Assembly: GCA_964612665.1 (NCBI GenBank)
Contig: CAZTCI010000001.1
Coordinates: 380,896-444,895 of the forward strand
From: an uncultured Planctomycetales bacterium
GTDB taxonomy: Bacteria; Omnitrophota; Gorgyraeia; Zapsychrales; JAHFFX01
Length of the DNA stretch: 64,000 bases
Reading direction: 5' to 3'
A program made the position numbers and the translations under genes. Shown here one piece after another: positions 63,269 through 64,000 of this stretch (the first letter of the stretch is position 1; each line of letters opens with the position of its first letter). A model generated the notes under the pieces. That model saw only the letters and a program-made list of their open reading frames with translations. It was not told the origin of the DNA and did no database searches.

Positions 63269-64000
63269 CTATTTTTTCGCCAATTCTTGCACCGTATTGA
63301 GCGCTTCATAAATAGCACTAAGCAGTTGATCTATCTGTTTCATGGAAATCACTAAAGGCGGCATAAGGACGATCACATTACCAAGCGGCCTAAGAATCAC
63401 GCCATGCTTACGGACTTCTTCACACACTTTCATGCCGACGCGTTTTTCCCAAGGAAACGGTGCTTTCGTCCGTCGATCCTTGACCAATTCAATCCCAACC
63501 ATAAAACCCTTTTGCCGCACGTCGCCAACGGAGGCTAAATTATAAAACTTTTTTAAACCCTTGGCTAAGTATTTTATTTTGGGTTGAAGCTCGCGTAGCG
63601 TCTGGTCTTTTTCAAAAATTTTTAAATTAGCCAGCGCTGCTGCGCAGGCGAGCGGGTTTCCAGTATAAGTGTGACCGTGAAAAAAAGTTTTTTGGGCTTT
63701 GTAATCAAAAAGGAATCCATCAAATATGTGTTGCGTTGTCAAAGTTGCCGCCAGTGGCAAATAGCCGCCGGTTAATCCTTTGGCGAGACACAAAAAATCC
63801 GGCGTCACGTTTTCGTGTTCGCAGGCGAACATTTTTCCGGTCCTTCCGAAACCCGTAGCAACCTCGTCGGCAATCAATAAAACATTATACTTTTTGCAAA
63901 GCTGAGCGATGCGCTTTAGAATTCCGTCGGGCCAAACAATCATCCCTGCTGCGCCTTGGACAAGCGGTTCCACAATCAGCGCCGCAATCGTATCGTGTTC
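63269..64000 (-). CDS. bioA: adenosylmethionine-8-amino-7-oxononanoate aminotransferase (class III), 5' end beyond window
   Basis: C-terminal 234 aa incl. ADEVATGFGRTGKMFA PLP-lysine region; reading frame continues to window edge. Confidence 0.8.
   Translation of the reverse strand, partial: EHDTIAALIVEPLVQGAAGMIVWPDGILKRIAQLCKKYNVLLIADEVATGFGRTGKMFACEHENVTPDFLCLAKGLTGGYLPLAATLTTQHIFDGFLFDYKAQKTFFHGHTYTGNPLACAAALANLKIFEKDQTLRELQPKIKYLAKGLKKFYNLASVGDVRQKGFMVGIELVKDRRTKAPFPWEKRVGMKVCEEVRKHGVILRPLGNVIVLMPPLVISMKQIDQLLSAIYEALNTVQELAKK

Noticed and set aside
1-64000. CRISPR arrays, rRNA, tRNA genes, integrases/transposases
   Set aside because: No regularly spaced direct repeats with unique spacers, no rRNA-like conserved blocks, no convincing tRNA cloverleaf (GTTCRANYC T-loop with matching acceptor stem), and no recombinase-like ORF were seen. 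The only mobile-like features are the non-coding 84-bp repeat copies.

Overview
AT-rich (~40% GC) bacterial chromosomal segment, probably from an uncultivated diderm lineage: it encodes TatA/TatC, an outer-membrane beta-barrel protein, secreted proteins with Sec signal peptides, and many structural RNA-like hairpins. Nearly all genes are on the minus strand. Housekeeping content includes an ECF sigma/anti-sigma pair, a PLP-dependent Cys/Met enzyme, pdxH, osmC, cca and a long operon nrdR-glyA-rpiB-(tsaC::LMW-PTP)-purD-purM-band7-[decayed hicAB]-purQ-purSL-purC-purB. The tsaC-PTP-rpiB-glyA order matches the Bacillus ywlC-ywlE-rpiB-glyA cluster. Also present are a fur-feoA-feoA-feoB-(Cys-rich FeoB-associated peptide) iron operon, tatA-tatC, hemW, pgi, trhO, mnmA and bioA (cut by the window end). 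Accessory content is rich. There are at least five type II toxin-antitoxin modules (Phd/PIN, RelE/RHH, HicAB, a frameshifted HicAB, VapBC) plus an orphan Phd-like antitoxin, a macro-NUDIX fusion, an S8 subtilase with tandem CBM6/35-like domains, a 1214-aa secreted LamG-CBM-GH5 glycosidase, and several GT-C-like membrane proteins (YfhO-like, TPR-PMT-like). The most unusual region is 50.5-57.9 kb. It is an AraC-linked locus encoding a very large Ser/Ala/Asp-rich tandem-repeat secreted protein, a second secreted Ala/Ser/Thr/Pro-rich protein, a signal-peptide-bearing standalone C39 cysteine peptidase, and an outer-membrane beta-barrel with an N-terminal coiled coil (FapD/FapF-like architecture). 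The secreted proteins, and a small paralog at 8.3 kb, share a double-glycine-leader-like motif (LSDxELDxIxAGG) immediately after their Sec signal peptides and a conserved C-terminal NAVxSAVAxQTNV motif. This suggests a two-step (Sec, then periplasmic C39 cleavage, then outer-membrane pore) fibre/amyloid-like export system that appears undescribed. Further oddities are a ~84-bp MITE-like structured repeat in two inverted copies, one inserted into hicA; a family of GC-rich structured elements with conserved termini upstream of the Cys/Met gene and purQ; and intergenic hairpins built from tandem hexamer arms (ccagtt/aactgg) between cistrons of the glyA operon. No rRNA, tRNA or CRISPR array was recognised.
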